A DNA stretch of 64,000 bases, from positions 128,001-192,000 of the forward strand of contig OZ244561.1 in the NCBI GenBank assembly GCA_965217585.1, read 5' to 3'. This DNA is from Candidatus Latescibacterota bacterium. GTDB taxonomy: Bacteria; Latescibacterota; UBA2968; UBA8231. Under the pieces are notes generated by a model that saw only the letters and a list, made by a program, of their open reading frames with translations, was not told the DNA's origin and did no database searches. The position numbers were made by a program, and so were the translations under genes. Of the stretch, positions 1 to 9,651 are shown piece after piece. Position 1 is the first letter of the stretch. Each line of letters begins with the position of its first letter.

Positions 1-388
1 AGTTGCCCAGCCCGTGACTCCGAAGGCGACCAACAGCCTGCAAGTGGCCTTACTCAGCCTAGACCAGCCGCTCATCGGCCGCCTCGCGCTGCATCCGGCG
101 GCCTTCACCCCCAACGGCGACGGCCGCAACGACGCCGTGCTGATCGAATACGACCTTCTATATCTAGTGAATGCGATTCAAGTGGAGCTCGAGATCTTCG
201 ACCTCGCTGGCCGCAAGATGGGGGTCATCTACGACGGGCCTGCCACCAGTGGCCGCTTTGCCGTCGAGTGGGACGGCCGCACCCCCAGCGGCGGCCTTGT
301 GCCGCCGGGGTCCTACCTCGTCCGCCTCACCGCAGAAACCGACCGCGGCCAACAGCGACGCCAGAGCCTCGTCTCCGTCGTCTATTGA
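1..388 (+). CDS. C-terminal part of a secreted protein with FlgD-Ig-like domain (5' end outside window)
   Basis: Frame open from the window start; FTPNGDGRND, IFDLAGR, WDGRT..G..VPPGSY are typical of FlgD-Ig/C-terminal sorting-type domains. Confidence 0.75.
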   Translation, partial: VAQPVTPKATNSLQVALLSLDQPLIGRLALHPAAFTPNGDGRNDAVLIEYDLLYLVNAIQVELEIFDLAGRKMGVIYDGPATSGRFAVEWDGRTPSGGLVPPGSYLVRLTAETDRGQQRRQSLVSVVY

Positions 389-2025
389 CGCGGCTCGACG
401 ACGGTCAGGACCTGGTCGGCGGCAATGTCGCTCAGCACCTGGACCGCCCCGCTGGGCCAGCGCACTTCGAGCCGATCGACGCGCTCGGCCTTGCCCAAGC
501 CAAAGTGCAGCCGCAGATCGCTGTGGGACAAATAGCTTCCCCCGCTTTGCACCTCGGCGTGCTGGGTCTGCCCGCCGGCCCTAATGATCACCCGTGCACC
601 AATCCCGTCGCGGTTGCTCGCCGTGCCTACCGCGCGCACTAACAAGTAGTGATTGCCGTGGTCGCCGTCGTTGCGCAACAGAGTTGGCGGGCCGTTGAGA
701 TTGAGAATGAATAAGTCGATATCGCCATCGCCGTCGTAGTCGGCGAAACTGGTCCCGCGGCTGACGCGGCGCAAGGCAAAGCCCGGACCGGCCGCGGCCG
801 ATATCTCCACCAACCGCCCTTCCCTATTCTCAAACAGCGAGTTGGCTTGTTCGTAGCTGGAGTTGACCCTCGGTAGGTCGGCCTGCGGGTAGGTGTGGCC
901 GTTGGCCACGAAAAGATCGCGGTCGCCGTCGTTGTCATAGTCGAAAAAGCCCGTACCCCACGAGACCAATTCGGCCGGTGCAGTCCCGATCCCCGCAGTA
1001 AAAGACACATCCGCAAAAAAGCCCCCACCTTCATTCCTGTACAGCGCGTTGTACTCGTCGGCGAAATTGGTGACGAAGAGGTCGAACAGGCCGTCGTTGT
1101 CGTAATCGCCCCAAGCGGCCCCCATGCACCCTTGCGCCACCCCTTCCCCGCTGTACGCCACCCCGGCCATGAGTGCCTCCTCGGCGAAGCGGCCGTCCCG
1201 GCGATTGCGAAAAAGCAGGTTGGGCGTGGAATCGTCGGCCACGAGCAGGTCGGGCCACCCGTCGTTGTCGTAGTCGCCGAACAAGGCACTCATGCCGTAG
1301 AATGCCTTGCCCTGCAGCCCAGCCTGTTTCGTCCACTCTGAGAACGTCCCGTCGCCATTGTTGCGGTAAAACACATCCGCGGCCGGCAGCAGGCCCACCG
1401 GCCCGCAGTACACCTTCACGTTCTTCCACAGGCAGGGTATTGGAGACTCGTAGTCGCGAGAGAAATCCACGTAATTGGCCACGTACAAATCCACGTCGCC
1501 ATCGCGGTCGTAATCCCCAAAGCTGGCACCGGTGCCCCACCCCATATCGCCCACGCCAGCCGCCGTGGTCACATCGGCAAAGCGACCCACGCCGAGATTG
1601 CGATATAGAGTGTTGCGACCAAAGTTGGTAACGTAGAGGTCCGTGTGACCGTCGTTGTCGTAATCGGCCGCCGCGCATCCCATCGACCAACTCGTATCCC
1701 CCACGCTAGCCGCGACCGTCACATCGGCAAAGCGACCGCCGTCGTTGCGGTAGAGCTGGTTGGCTGGATGCTCGCCCGCGACAAAGCCCGCAAAGGAAGA
1801 GCCATTGGCCACGTACAAATCCACGTCGCCATCGCGGTCGTAATCGAAAAAGGCCGCACCGCCCATCATCCCTTCGACTATGTAGCTTTGGTCCGTGCCC
1901 GAGACATTGTGCTGCGTCAGGCCGGCGGCCACCGCTCGATCGACGAATTGCGCGGCGAGCGGCTCGCTCCACCCACTAGCGGCCCCGACGAGAAACCCGA
2001 CCGCACACAGCATCAACGCGCCCAC
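382..2025 (-). CDS. CRTAC1-family FG-GAP repeat protein with C-terminal ASPIC/UnbV domain
   Basis: Signal peptide, repeated DYDxDGxxDLYVxN motifs, C-terminal NRDGIGARV...GGSYLS...LHFGLG. Confidence 0.9.
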   Translation of the reverse strand: MGALMLCAVGFLVGAASGWSEPLAAQFVDRAVAAGLTQHNVSGTDQSYIVEGMMGGAAFFDYDRDGDVDLYVANGSSFAGFVAGEHPANQLYRNDGGRFADVTVAASVGDTSWSMGCAAADYDNDGHTDLYVTNFGRNTLYRNLGVGRFADVTTAAGVGDMGWGTGASFGDYDRDGDVDLYVANYVDFSRDYESPIPCLWKNVKVYCGPVGLLPAADVFYRNNGDGTFSEWTKQAGLQGKAFYGMSALFGDYDNDGWPDLLVADDSTPNLLFRNRRDGRFAEEALMAGVAYSGEGVAQGCMGAAWGDYDNDGLFDLFVTNFADEYNALYRNEGGGFFADVSFTAGIGTAPAELVSWGTGFFDYDNDGDRDLFVANGHTYPQADLPRVNSSYEQANSLFENREGRLVEISAAAGPGFALRRVSRGTSFADYDGDGDIDLFILNLNGPPTLLRNDGDHGNHYLLVRAVGTASNRDGIGARVIIRAGGQTQHAEVQSGGSYLSHSDLRLHFGLGKAERVDRLEVRWPSGAVQVLSDIAADQVLTVVEPRQ

Positions 2026-3881
2026 TATTCCTGCTCCACAACCAAGAACCGATCGACCGGCTCGCTATGCCGCTCTTGCACGCTGCCATCGGGCCAAGTG
2101 ATCTCGATCCGCTCCACGAGCGCGCAATCGCCCAAGCCAAAGTGCAACCGGCTATCGCTCGCCGACAGATAGGTGCCCCCGCCAATCCGCTGGCGCGTTT
2201 GCACCACACCGCCGCAGAACACCCGCACCCGCGCACCGACGGCGTCGCGGTTCGCCCGCGTCCCCACCAACCGCAGGGACAGCCAGTGATGGCGCTGCCT
2301 CAACTCATTGCGGTACAGCCGCGCCGCGCCATTGACGTTGGTCACCAGCACGTCCAAGTCGCCGTCGTTGTCGCAATCGCCATAAGCGGCTCCGCGCGAC
2401 ACCGCGGACAGCCCAAAGGCCGGACCGCTGCGGGCCGACACGTCGGCGAATGTGCCGTGGCCATCGTTGGCAAAAAGCTGGTTGGGCTGGGCGTGGGTCA
2501 ACTGCGAGTCCTGTAAGGCGATGCGGTCGAGAACGTGGCCGTTGGCCACGAACAAATCCACGTCGGCGTCATTATCGACATCGGCAAAAAACGCGCCAAA
2601 CCCCAGCGGCAGCAAAGTCGGCCCGCGCAGACCAACCGCTGCGGTCGCATCGGCAAAGCGGCCGTCGCCCTCGTTGCGATAGAGCGTGTTGCTTTCGCGG
2701 GAAAAATTGGTCACCAACAGGTCGGCATCTCCATCGGCATCTCCATCGCCGACCGCGACCCCCATACCGGCCTCGGCTTGGCCGTCGCCATTGTACGCCG
2801 CCCCGGCCGCCAACCCGGCCTCGGCAAACGTGCCGTCGCCGCGATTGCGATAGAAAAAATTGCGCGTACCGTCGTTGGCCACATACACATCGAGCAACCC
2901 ATCGGAGTCAAAATCAGCGGCCACCACCCCCAGCCCTTTGCCAAAGGGACTGAAAACCCCGCTGGCCTGCGCCACCTCGGAGAAATGCCCGTCCCCCTCG
3001 TTGCGAAAGAGCGCGTCTGGCGCGCCGTTGTAGCGCCTCGGGCTGCAATAGGTTCGCTGGCCGGCCGGAACGCGCAAGGAGGCCCCGGCACTAGCTACCG
3101 CGCCGCCGCACAAGCGGTTGGTGTCCGGCGTCAAGTCGAGGTAATTAGCCACGTAGAGGTCGAGATCGCCATCGTTGTCGTAGTCGAAAAAGGCCGCGCT
3201 CGTGCTCCAGTGGGGATCGGCCACACCAGCGGCCTGCGCCCGCTCGGCAAAGGTCCCGTCTTCCTGATTGTGATAGAAGGCATTGCGGCCATAGTTGGTC
3301 ACGTAGAGATCCGCGCGACCGTCGTTGTCGTAATCGCCGACCGCGACTCCCATGCCGTAGCCTAGATCGCCGGTCCCGGTTTGCGCGGAGACCTCGCGGA
3401 AGGCCCCGTCCATATTCTGGTAGAGGCGGTTTTGCGTCTGGCCTGCGCCGGGAGCCTGACGCAGCGCCGCCATCGAAGTATCCACTCGGCCGTCGTAGCG
3501 CAGGGGCGGCCGGAAGTCCTCAACGACCCAAGTACCCGCCGAATCCCCGGCCACGAGGTTGACCGGCACCAAGCGCTCGCGCCACGGCGACAGGTCGAAG
3601 CCATCCACTAAATACACGTCCAACCAGCCATCGTTGTCGTAGTCGAAAAAGGCCGCGCCAGCCCCCATCGTCTCAATCAGGAAGTAATCGCCGCTGGCCC
3701 CACTGGTGTGGCGGAAGTCCAGACCGGCCTCGTCGGCCACCTCGACGAAAAAGGCCGCGCGCTCGGGTGCGCCACAGCCGCAGCACAGGAGGAAAAAAAC
3801 CAAGATCGGGAGCAAAATGGATGAATAATGGGCGTAGCGGTTCACCGCAAAAAAATAAGTCCCACCTACAAATAGGGCCAA
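2025..3881 (-). CDS. CRTAC1-family FG-GAP repeat protein with ASPIC/UnbV domain (start uncertain, possible lipoprotein)
   Basis: Same FG-GAP repeats and NRDAVGARV...GGGTYLS...LHFGLG tail; LLCCGC near N-terminus. Confidence 0.88.
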   Translation of the reverse strand: MALFVGGTYFFAVNRYAHYSSILLPILVFFLLCCGCGAPERAAFFVEVADEAGLDFRHTSGASGDYFLIETMGAGAAFFDYDNDGWLDVYLVDGFDLSPWRERLVPVNLVAGDSAGTWVVEDFRPPLRYDGRVDTSMAALRQAPGAGQTQNRLYQNMDGAFREVSAQTGTGDLGYGMGVAVGDYDNDGRADLYVTNYGRNAFYHNQEDGTFAERAQAAGVADPHWSTSAAFFDYDNDGDLDLYVANYLDLTPDTNRLCGGAVASAGASLRVPAGQRTYCSPRRYNGAPDALFRNEGDGHFSEVAQASGVFSPFGKGLGVVAADFDSDGLLDVYVANDGTRNFFYRNRGDGTFAEAGLAAGAAYNGDGQAEAGMGVAVGDGDADGDADLLVTNFSRESNTLYRNEGDGRFADATAAVGLRGPTLLPLGFGAFFADVDNDADVDLFVANGHVLDRIALQDSQLTHAQPNQLFANDGHGTFADVSARSGPAFGLSAVSRGAAYGDCDNDGDLDVLVTNVNGAARLYRNELRQRHHWLSLRLVGTRANRDAVGARVRVFCGGVVQTRQRIGGGTYLSASDSRLHFGLGDCALVERIEITWPDGSVQERHSEPVDRFLVVEQE

Positions 3882-3893
3882 TCGGGCGGCAGT

Positions 3894-4025
3894 TACCTGC
3901 GCAAGCTCGGCGCAGAGGTTTCACAGGCCATCTGCGTGATTGACCGCGAATCCGGTGGCACCGAGAGCCTAGCCCGAGCAGGCATTGAGCTCCACGCCTT
4001 ATTTCGGATGAGCGAACTGCAGTGA
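3894..4025 (+). pseudogene. pyrE: Orphan 3' fragment of orotate phosphoribosyltransferase
   Basis: My translation YLRKLGAEVSQAICVIDRESGGTESLARAGIELHALFRMSELQ* resembles the PyrE C-terminus (VIDRExGG...L..AG..LH.LF); in-frame TAG at 3873-3875 upstream and no plausible start. Confidence 0.7.
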
Positions 4026-4102
4026 CGGTGAGTAGAACGGCTACCCAAATCCCTTCCGCCGATTAATCCGGCGATTCTTTTCTTTCTGCGACAAAAAATC
4101 AC

Positions 4103-4138
4103 TTGACAAATCGCCCAATCGCGTATTATTTAGCGATT
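4103..4138 (+). promoter_or_regulatory. Possible blaI promoter/operator
   Basis: TTGACA at 4103-4108, TATTAT at 4124-4129 (spacer only 15 nt), overlapped by inverted repeat AATCGC-N10-GCGATT (4117-4138). Confidence 0.35.
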
Positions 4139-4221
4139 CAAAAGGCTAATTTATTCGCGTTTTGTCATCCCGCCGCTCCGAGGCCTCCGGACCCTGAGAC
4201 GGCTTCCAAAGAGAAAGTACT

Positions 4222-4605
4222 ATGCCCCGCAAACGCACCGAGGGTCTCACCGATCGCGAGGCCGAAATCATGGCCGTCCTCTGGCAAATGGGCCAAGCCA
4301 GTGTCGAGGACATCCGCCAGCGACTCGAAGGCCGCCCCGCCGCCAGCACTGTGCGCTCATTGCTAGCCATTATGGCCGAGCGCGGCTTAGTGGCCGACGA
4401 CAATACCGTGTACGCCAAGAAGTACCGCCCCAAACTCGACCAGAGCCAAGCCCAAGACTCGGCCCTGCGGCGCGTCATTGACCGCCTCTTTTCCGGCTCA
4501 ACCGAAGAACTGCTGGTGCGTCTGATCGACGAAGGTGCCGTGGACAGCGCCCAGCTTGAGCGCCTGCAAAAACGCCTGCGGGAACGCCGCGATCAAAACG
4601 AATGA
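4222..4605 (+). CDS. BlaI/MecI/CopY family transcriptional repressor
   Basis: LTDREAEIMAVLW...STVRSLL..M.ERG.V...LFSGSTEELLVRL pattern; M56 peptidase two genes downstream. Confidence 0.92.
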   Translation: MPRKRTEGLTDREAEIMAVLWQMGQASVEDIRQRLEGRPAASTVRSLLAIMAERGLVADDNTVYAKKYRPKLDQSQAQDSALRRVIDRLFSGSTEELLVRLIDEGAVDSAQLERLQKRLRERRDQNE

Positions 4606-4685
4606 TAATATGAAATCGGAGAAGCCGCGTCCCGCAGGTGGACTCGATGGGTCACACCCTTAAACCAAAATTGGAGAAGAGAGAT

Positions 4686-6725
4686 ATGAACGCGTACTCC
4701 GCAGCCTTGGTGGCCCTAATCGCTCCCTTGAGCCTCTGTCTAGCCGCAGCAAGCGCCCAAAGCCCGCCCCGCGCCGCAATCGTCACCGGTGAGGTCCACA
4801 ATTCTCCGTCGCGAGAAATCGAGTTCCGCCACGAACCGCTACTCGCTCCCGGACCGTCCCAACACTACATCGTCTTGGACGAGCAAAACCGCTTTGCCCT
4901 GCTCTTGAACATTCCCAAAGGAATTTTAGTCACCGGGCATTACAAAGATGAACACCGCATCCCCTTCTTTGTCGAACCCGGCGATAGCCTGCACGCGGTC
5001 GTAACTTTCGCGGAGGTGACGGAGGCCGACTCTTCCGCGGCGATGGAACCCGACAGTTTGCACCATGCAGCCGATGAGGCCCCGCCCGCCTATTCCCTGA
5101 CTTTTAGCGGACAAGGTGCGGAAAACAATCGCTTCTTAGCCGAGTTATGGCCCCAACATCATTCCTTTGAACCAGACTATGCGCTGGAGCCCGAGGAGTT
5201 TGCCCGCCAAGTCAGACAGCAGCGTCAGGATGAATTTGCCTTGCTAGCCGAGGGACGCGAGCAATACGCGCTTTCTCCGGGGTTTATCGACTATATGACG
5301 ACCTTTTTCAACTACAAGTGGGCCGACAAGACGGTTTCCTATCCGGAGTTTTCGTTTGAAAACGGCCGACTGGTACGCAGAATGAGCCCCGACGGCTCCC
5401 ACAGAAGAGAGGTCCCTCCGGACTACTACGACTTCCTGCAAGAAATCCCCTTAATAAATGAAAAGGCTATCGGCGTGGGAGAGTATCGCCAGTTTCTGGT
5501 GAATACCCTAGCGTTGGAGGCAAAGTCGGATGGGATGCCTAGACTTTCCGATAGCTACAAGCTGTCGGGTTTGGGTCTATCGGAGTCCGTCCGCACCCGA
5601 CTCGATTCCATGTACGACGCGAACAGAAAGCCCAGATTATCACAGATGATCGATCTGTCGGGCTTGGGTCTGTCGGAGCCCGCCCAAGCCCAACTTGACT
5701 CCATGTACGAAGATCCCAAAGAGATCCGTGCGTCCGAAAAGGCCGCTTGGTTGGGATTGGAGTTATCGCCCACCGCCCTAGCTGAACTCGACGCTTATGA
5801 GGATTATAGTATCTTCCTCGGTGATACCACGAAGACCGATACGACGGGCGGGCGTTTGACCTTCCATATGCCTATGGCAAAAATCAGCGAATGGTACAAA
5901 TACCTAAACAATCGCCCGCTATCGACAAAGGTTGACTTGTCGAGTTTGGAGTTATCAGCCGCCGCCCAATCCCAACTCGACTCCATGTTCCAAAATCGCA
6001 AACCACTCAAGCTATCCCAAAGAGTTGACTTAGCGGCCTTGGGTCTATCGCCATCCATCCAATCCCAACTCGACTCCATCTTTGCCGGACCGAGTTTTCC
6101 TGTCCTCGGAGGGGCTACAGAACGATACGACCTCGCCAAGCAAAAACTGCAAGGGCGAGTGCTCTACTGGTTTCTGGCCGGCGAGTTGAGGACTGGAATT
6201 AAGTTCGGCAACGAAGCCTATATAGATGCCCGCTGGCAATCCTTCGAAGAGAGCAATCCCTTCCCCGAATACACCGAGGCCCTCCAAGCGGAAATGAACA
6301 AGACCCTAGTCCTACAACCCGGGCAGCCCGCGCCCGATTTCACCCTCCATGACCCCGACGGCCAACCCGTATCGCTGAGCCAGTTCAAGGGCAAGGTGGT
6401 CTTGCTGGATTTCTGGGCGAGTTGGTGTGGACCGTGCATCGGCGATTTGGAAACTCTCCGCAAGATCAAGAAGAAAACGGCCACTCAGCCGGTCGTCTTC
6501 CTCAACGTCTCATTGGACGCGAATGAAGGAGCTTGGAAGCGGGCCATTGCCAAACACCAGATCCAAGGCGTCCACGTGCGCTCGGACGGCGCGGTAACGC
6601 AAGCCTATAATGTGTTCGGCATCCCTCGGTATTATCTGGTGGATCCACAAGGGCTGATTGTGGAGGATCGTTTGAGGGTATTTGACGTTGATGAGGTTGT
6701 GGCAAAAATCGAGGAAAATTTGTGA
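4686..6725 (+). CDS. Exported TlpA-family thiol-disulfide oxidoreductase with long N-terminal region
   Basis: ATG 4686 after GGAGAAGAG, signal peptide; C-terminal APDFTL...KGKVVLLDFWASWCGPC thioredoxin fold. Confidence 0.85.
   Translation: MNAYSAALVALIAPLSLCLAAASAQSPPRAAIVTGEVHNSPSREIEFRHEPLLAPGPSQHYIVLDEQNRFALLLNIPKGILVTGHYKDEHRIPFFVEPGDSLHAVVTFAEVTEADSSAAMEPDSLHHAADEAPPAYSLTFSGQGAENNRFLAELWPQHHSFEPDYALEPEEFARQVRQQRQDEFALLAEGREQYALSPGFIDYMTTFFNYKWADKTVSYPEFSFENGRLVRRMSPDGSHRREVPPDYYDFLQEIPLINEKAIGVGEYRQFLVNTLALEAKSDGMPRLSDSYKLSGLGLSESVRTRLDSMYDANRKPRLSQMIDLSGLGLSEPAQAQLDSMYEDPKEIRASEKAAWLGLELSPTALAELDAYEDYSIFLGDTTKTDTTGGRLTFHMPMAKISEWYKYLNNRPLSTKVDLSSLELSAAAQSQLDSMFQNRKPLKLSQRVDLAALGLSPSIQSQLDSIFAGPSFPVLGGATERYDLAKQKLQGRVLYWFLAGELRTGIKFGNEAYIDARWQSFEESNPFPEYTEALQAEMNKTLVLQPGQPAPDFTLHDPDGQPVSLSQFKGKVVLLDFWASWCGPCIGDLETLRKIKKKTATQPVVFLNVSLDANEGAWKRAIAKHQIQGVHVRSDGAVTQAYNVFGIPRYYLVDPQGLIVEDRLRVFDVDEVVAKIEENL
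5544..6083 (+). repeat. About five degenerate intragenic repeats (LSxxxDLSxLGLSxxAQxQLDSM)
   Basis: Visible in protein and DNA (recurring CAACTCGACTCCAT-like and GGGTCTATCG-like blocks). Confidence 0.8.
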
Positions 6726-6760
6726 AGAAGCCGCCCAACTCCGCACAATAGGAGACTCCC

Positions 6761-8143
6761 ATGGAATCGACGCATTTTGTCGAGCCGATCGCCAGCACCG
6801 TAATCGACCTCGGCCTCAAGGCCGCTCTGCTTATCGCCTTCACTGGTCTGGCGATCCGCCTGTTGACCTACCGCCGCCCGGCTTGGTCCTGCCTGCTGTG
6901 GAGCGCCACCTTGGGTGCGGTGGCCCTGTTACCGCTAGGGGCTTTGCTCGGACCCGTCCTGCCTTGGGGTCAAGTCCCAATCCCCCACTTCGACCAAGCT
7001 TGGTCCCTGCACACCGGACCGACCTCGGCTTCCTTACCCCCAGCAGCCCCGATCACCGCCGGTCCCGCTTGGTGGCAATGGGCTGTGGCCAGCCTGTACC
7101 TACTCGGCTTGGCCTTTGCGCTGACGCGCTTGGGCTGGGGCCTGTGGCACCTGCACTGCCTGCGCCAATCCGTCCACTTGGTAGATGCGGCTCCAGTTGA
7201 GGCTTTGCGGCGGCAATTGGGCCTGCACAATCCGGTCCAGCTAGGCGTATCCCCCCTCCTGCAAACCCCGGTCCTGCTCGGGTGGCGTCGCCCCACCATT
7301 GCCCTGCCCGCCGCCCTTTATGCCCAGTGTACCCCGGGGGCGTTGCAGGACATTATCGTCCACGAGTTGGTCCACTTAAAACGCCGCGACCCCCTGCTCA
7401 ATATGCTGAGTCAAGGGGTCGTGGCTCTGTATTGGTTCCATCCCTTAGTACATTGGGCGGCCCGTTCTTTGGTCGAGATGCGCGAATGCGCCTGCGACGA
7501 TTGGGTGGTGGCCCAAAGTGGCGATCCGCTAACCTATGCCGAGACCCTGCTCCACGCCGCGGCCGACCAGCGTCCCCGCCTAGCCATGACCATGGCGCGT
7601 TCTGGGCGCGTGGCCAAGCGCGTCGAGCGCCTTTTGGACCCGTCCCATCGTCCTCGTCCCCGCGTGCATGGGATTCCGGGCGGCGGCGTGGTAGCGATGA
7701 TATTAACCATAGCTGGATGTATGGGCGGCTTGGGACGCGGTGGGGAAACATCGGGACCTCAAGTCCAGCGATGGATAATCACCCCGCCCGCCAGCGGTAC
7801 CATCGATTCGGTCAAAGTCCAAGCCCATCGCGACAACACCGATATCCCCCTGAAAATCACCCCACTCGCCAGCGGTACCGTCGATTCGGTCAAAGTCAAA
7901 GTCCACCGCGACAACACCGATGCCCCCCTGGAAATCTCCATGCAATTTCCACCGCACATCCACATGCAAGTGACCACCTCGCCTGACGACAATCCCGTCG
8001 ATACTCTGAAAGTCAGAGTCCTCGGCAGCAGAGCCGATACTCTGAAAGTCTTCATGCAGCGTCCCCCGGACATCCGCCATCTCCAAGTGGCCTTTCCCGT
8101 CAATACTCTCATGCTCAAACACCTCGACGACAGCGCCAATTAA
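6761..8143 (+). CDS. M56 (BlaR1/MecR1-type) membrane metallopeptidase
   Basis: TM segments, HELVHLKRRD zincin motif, YWFHPLV, RECACDD. Confidence 0.92.
   Translation: MESTHFVEPIASTVIDLGLKAALLIAFTGLAIRLLTYRRPAWSCLLWSATLGAVALLPLGALLGPVLPWGQVPIPHFDQAWSLHTGPTSASLPPAAPITAGPAWWQWAVASLYLLGLAFALTRLGWGLWHLHCLRQSVHLVDAAPVEALRRQLGLHNPVQLGVSPLLQTPVLLGWRRPTIALPAALYAQCTPGALQDIIVHELVHLKRRDPLLNMLSQGVVALYWFHPLVHWAARSLVEMRECACDDWVVAQSGDPLTYAETLLHAAADQRPRLAMTMARSGRVAKRVERLLDPSHRPRPRVHGIPGGGVVAMILTIAGCMGGLGRGGETSGPQVQRWIITPPASGTIDSVKVQAHRDNTDIPLKITPLASGTVDSVKVKVHRDNTDAPLEISMQFPPHIHMQVTTSPDDNPVDTLKVRVLGSRADTLKVFMQRPPDIRHLQVAFPVNTLMLKHLDDSAN
7778..7936 (+). repeat. Two tandem 78-bp (26-aa) repeats in the M56 C-terminal domain
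   Basis: ITPPASGTIDSVKVQAHRDNTDIPLK / ITPLASGTVDSVKVKVHRDNTDAPLE; units start 7778 and 7856. Confidence 0.9.
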
Positions 8144-8186
8144 CAAAAGCCGGATGTGGGGCTACACGCGCAAAGAAAATTGAAAA

Positions 8187-9641
8187 ATGGACCGACCCAA
8201 TATCCTCTTCATCCTCTCCGACCAGCACAGCAAATTCCACCTCGGCTGCTACGGCGACCCGCTAGTGCGCACCCCACACCTCGACCGCTTAGCCAGCGAG
8301 GGCATGCGCTTTGCCAATGCGTACACCCCCTCGCCTTTGTGCGTGCCAGCCCGCATGGCCTTTATGACCGGACGACGGCCCAGCGCCAACCAAGTCTGGG
8401 GCAATGACCACATCCTCAACTCGGCGCTACCGACTTGGGCCCACGCCGTGGGCGCGGCTGGATACGAGACCGCGCTGATCGGCCGCATGCACTTCGTCGG
8501 CCCCGACCAGCGCCACGGCTTTGAGCGCCGGCCCATCGGCGAGTACAGCGCCCGGCATCCGGGCGCGGCCCAACAGGGCGGGCCCATGTTCAAGAACATT
8601 CCCGCCAGCACCTCGGGCCAGACCCGCGAATGCGTTGAAATAGCCGGGTACGGCCGCACCACGTACCAAGCCTTTGACGACCGCGTCGCCGAGGCGGCCT
8701 GCACCTATTTGGAGGAAAAGGCGCAAGCGCACGACCGACCCTTTGCCGCAGTAGCCGGCTTTGTGCTGCCCCACTGCCCTTTCTTCGCCCCCAAGGATCT
8801 CTACGATTATTACTACGACCGCGTCGATGTGCCGCAACCCGACCCAGCCGGGGAACCGGCAGCGGTGACTAATTTCAAAAAGCGCCGCCTCATTGACGAA
8901 CCCCTGCCCAAAGAGCGCATCCGCGTGGCGCGGGCAGCCTATTTGGGTCTGTGCGAATACTTCGATAGCAAAGTCGGCCAGCTCCTCGACAAACTCGACG
9001 AGACCGGCTTGCGCGACAATACCTTGGTGATCTACGCCAGCGACCACGGCGAGATGGCCGGCGAGCACGGCTGCTGGTGGAAGAGCAACTACTACGAAGG
9101 CTCGGTCGGCATCCCCCTCATCGCCCGTCTGCCTGGAGTGATACCAGCGGGCGTGGAAAACCCAGTGCTGTGCAATTTGCTCGATTGGGCACCCACCGCC
9201 GTAGAAGTGACCGGCGGCGAGCCCCTGCCCGCGGCCGACGGCCATTCGCTGTGGCGCGCACTACAGGGCCACGCAGATGACGCCCGCCCCGATATCACCT
9301 TCAGCGAACTAGGCCCCTCGCGCGGCGATCCTCCTTCGCGCATGATCCGGCAGGGACCGTGGAAGCTCTGCAAATACCACGACGCCACTCCGCCAGCTTT
9401 GTTCAATCTGGCGGACGACCCGGGGGAATGGAACGACTTGGGCGGCGCTAGTGCCTACGCTGCCCTGCGGCAAAATTTGCTCGACCAACTCTATGCTGGT
9501 TGGGACCCCGAGCAGGTGACCCAACGCAGCGCTGAACTAACGCGGAATGCACAGGTACTGACGGCGTGGGGAAGGGCGGTGCAGCCCCTGCACGAAGATA
9601 CCCTGCCAGTCGAAGACGTCGAGGATGTGGTGCGCTGTTGA
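8187..9641 (+). CDS. Formylglycine-type sulfatase (choline-sulfatase-like)
   Basis: PNILFILSDQH, CVPARMAFMTG (CxPxR), GRMHF, SDHGEMAGEHG. Confidence 0.92.
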   Translation: MDRPNILFILSDQHSKFHLGCYGDPLVRTPHLDRLASEGMRFANAYTPSPLCVPARMAFMTGRRPSANQVWGNDHILNSALPTWAHAVGAAGYETALIGRMHFVGPDQRHGFERRPIGEYSARHPGAAQQGGPMFKNIPASTSGQTRECVEIAGYGRTTYQAFDDRVAEAACTYLEEKAQAHDRPFAAVAGFVLPHCPFFAPKDLYDYYYDRVDVPQPDPAGEPAAVTNFKKRRLIDEPLPKERIRVARAAYLGLCEYFDSKVGQLLDKLDETGLRDNTLVIYASDHGEMAGEHGCWWKSNYYEGSVGIPLIARLPGVIPAGVENPVLCNLLDWAPTAVEVTGGEPLPAADGHSLWRALQGHADDARPDITFSELGPSRGDPPSRMIRQGPWKLCKYHDATPPALFNLADDPGEWNDLGGASAYAALRQNLLDQLYAGWDPEQVTQRSAELTRNAQVLTAWGRAVQPLHEDTLPVEDVEDVVRC

Positions 9642-9651
9642 GGGGGTGGCC

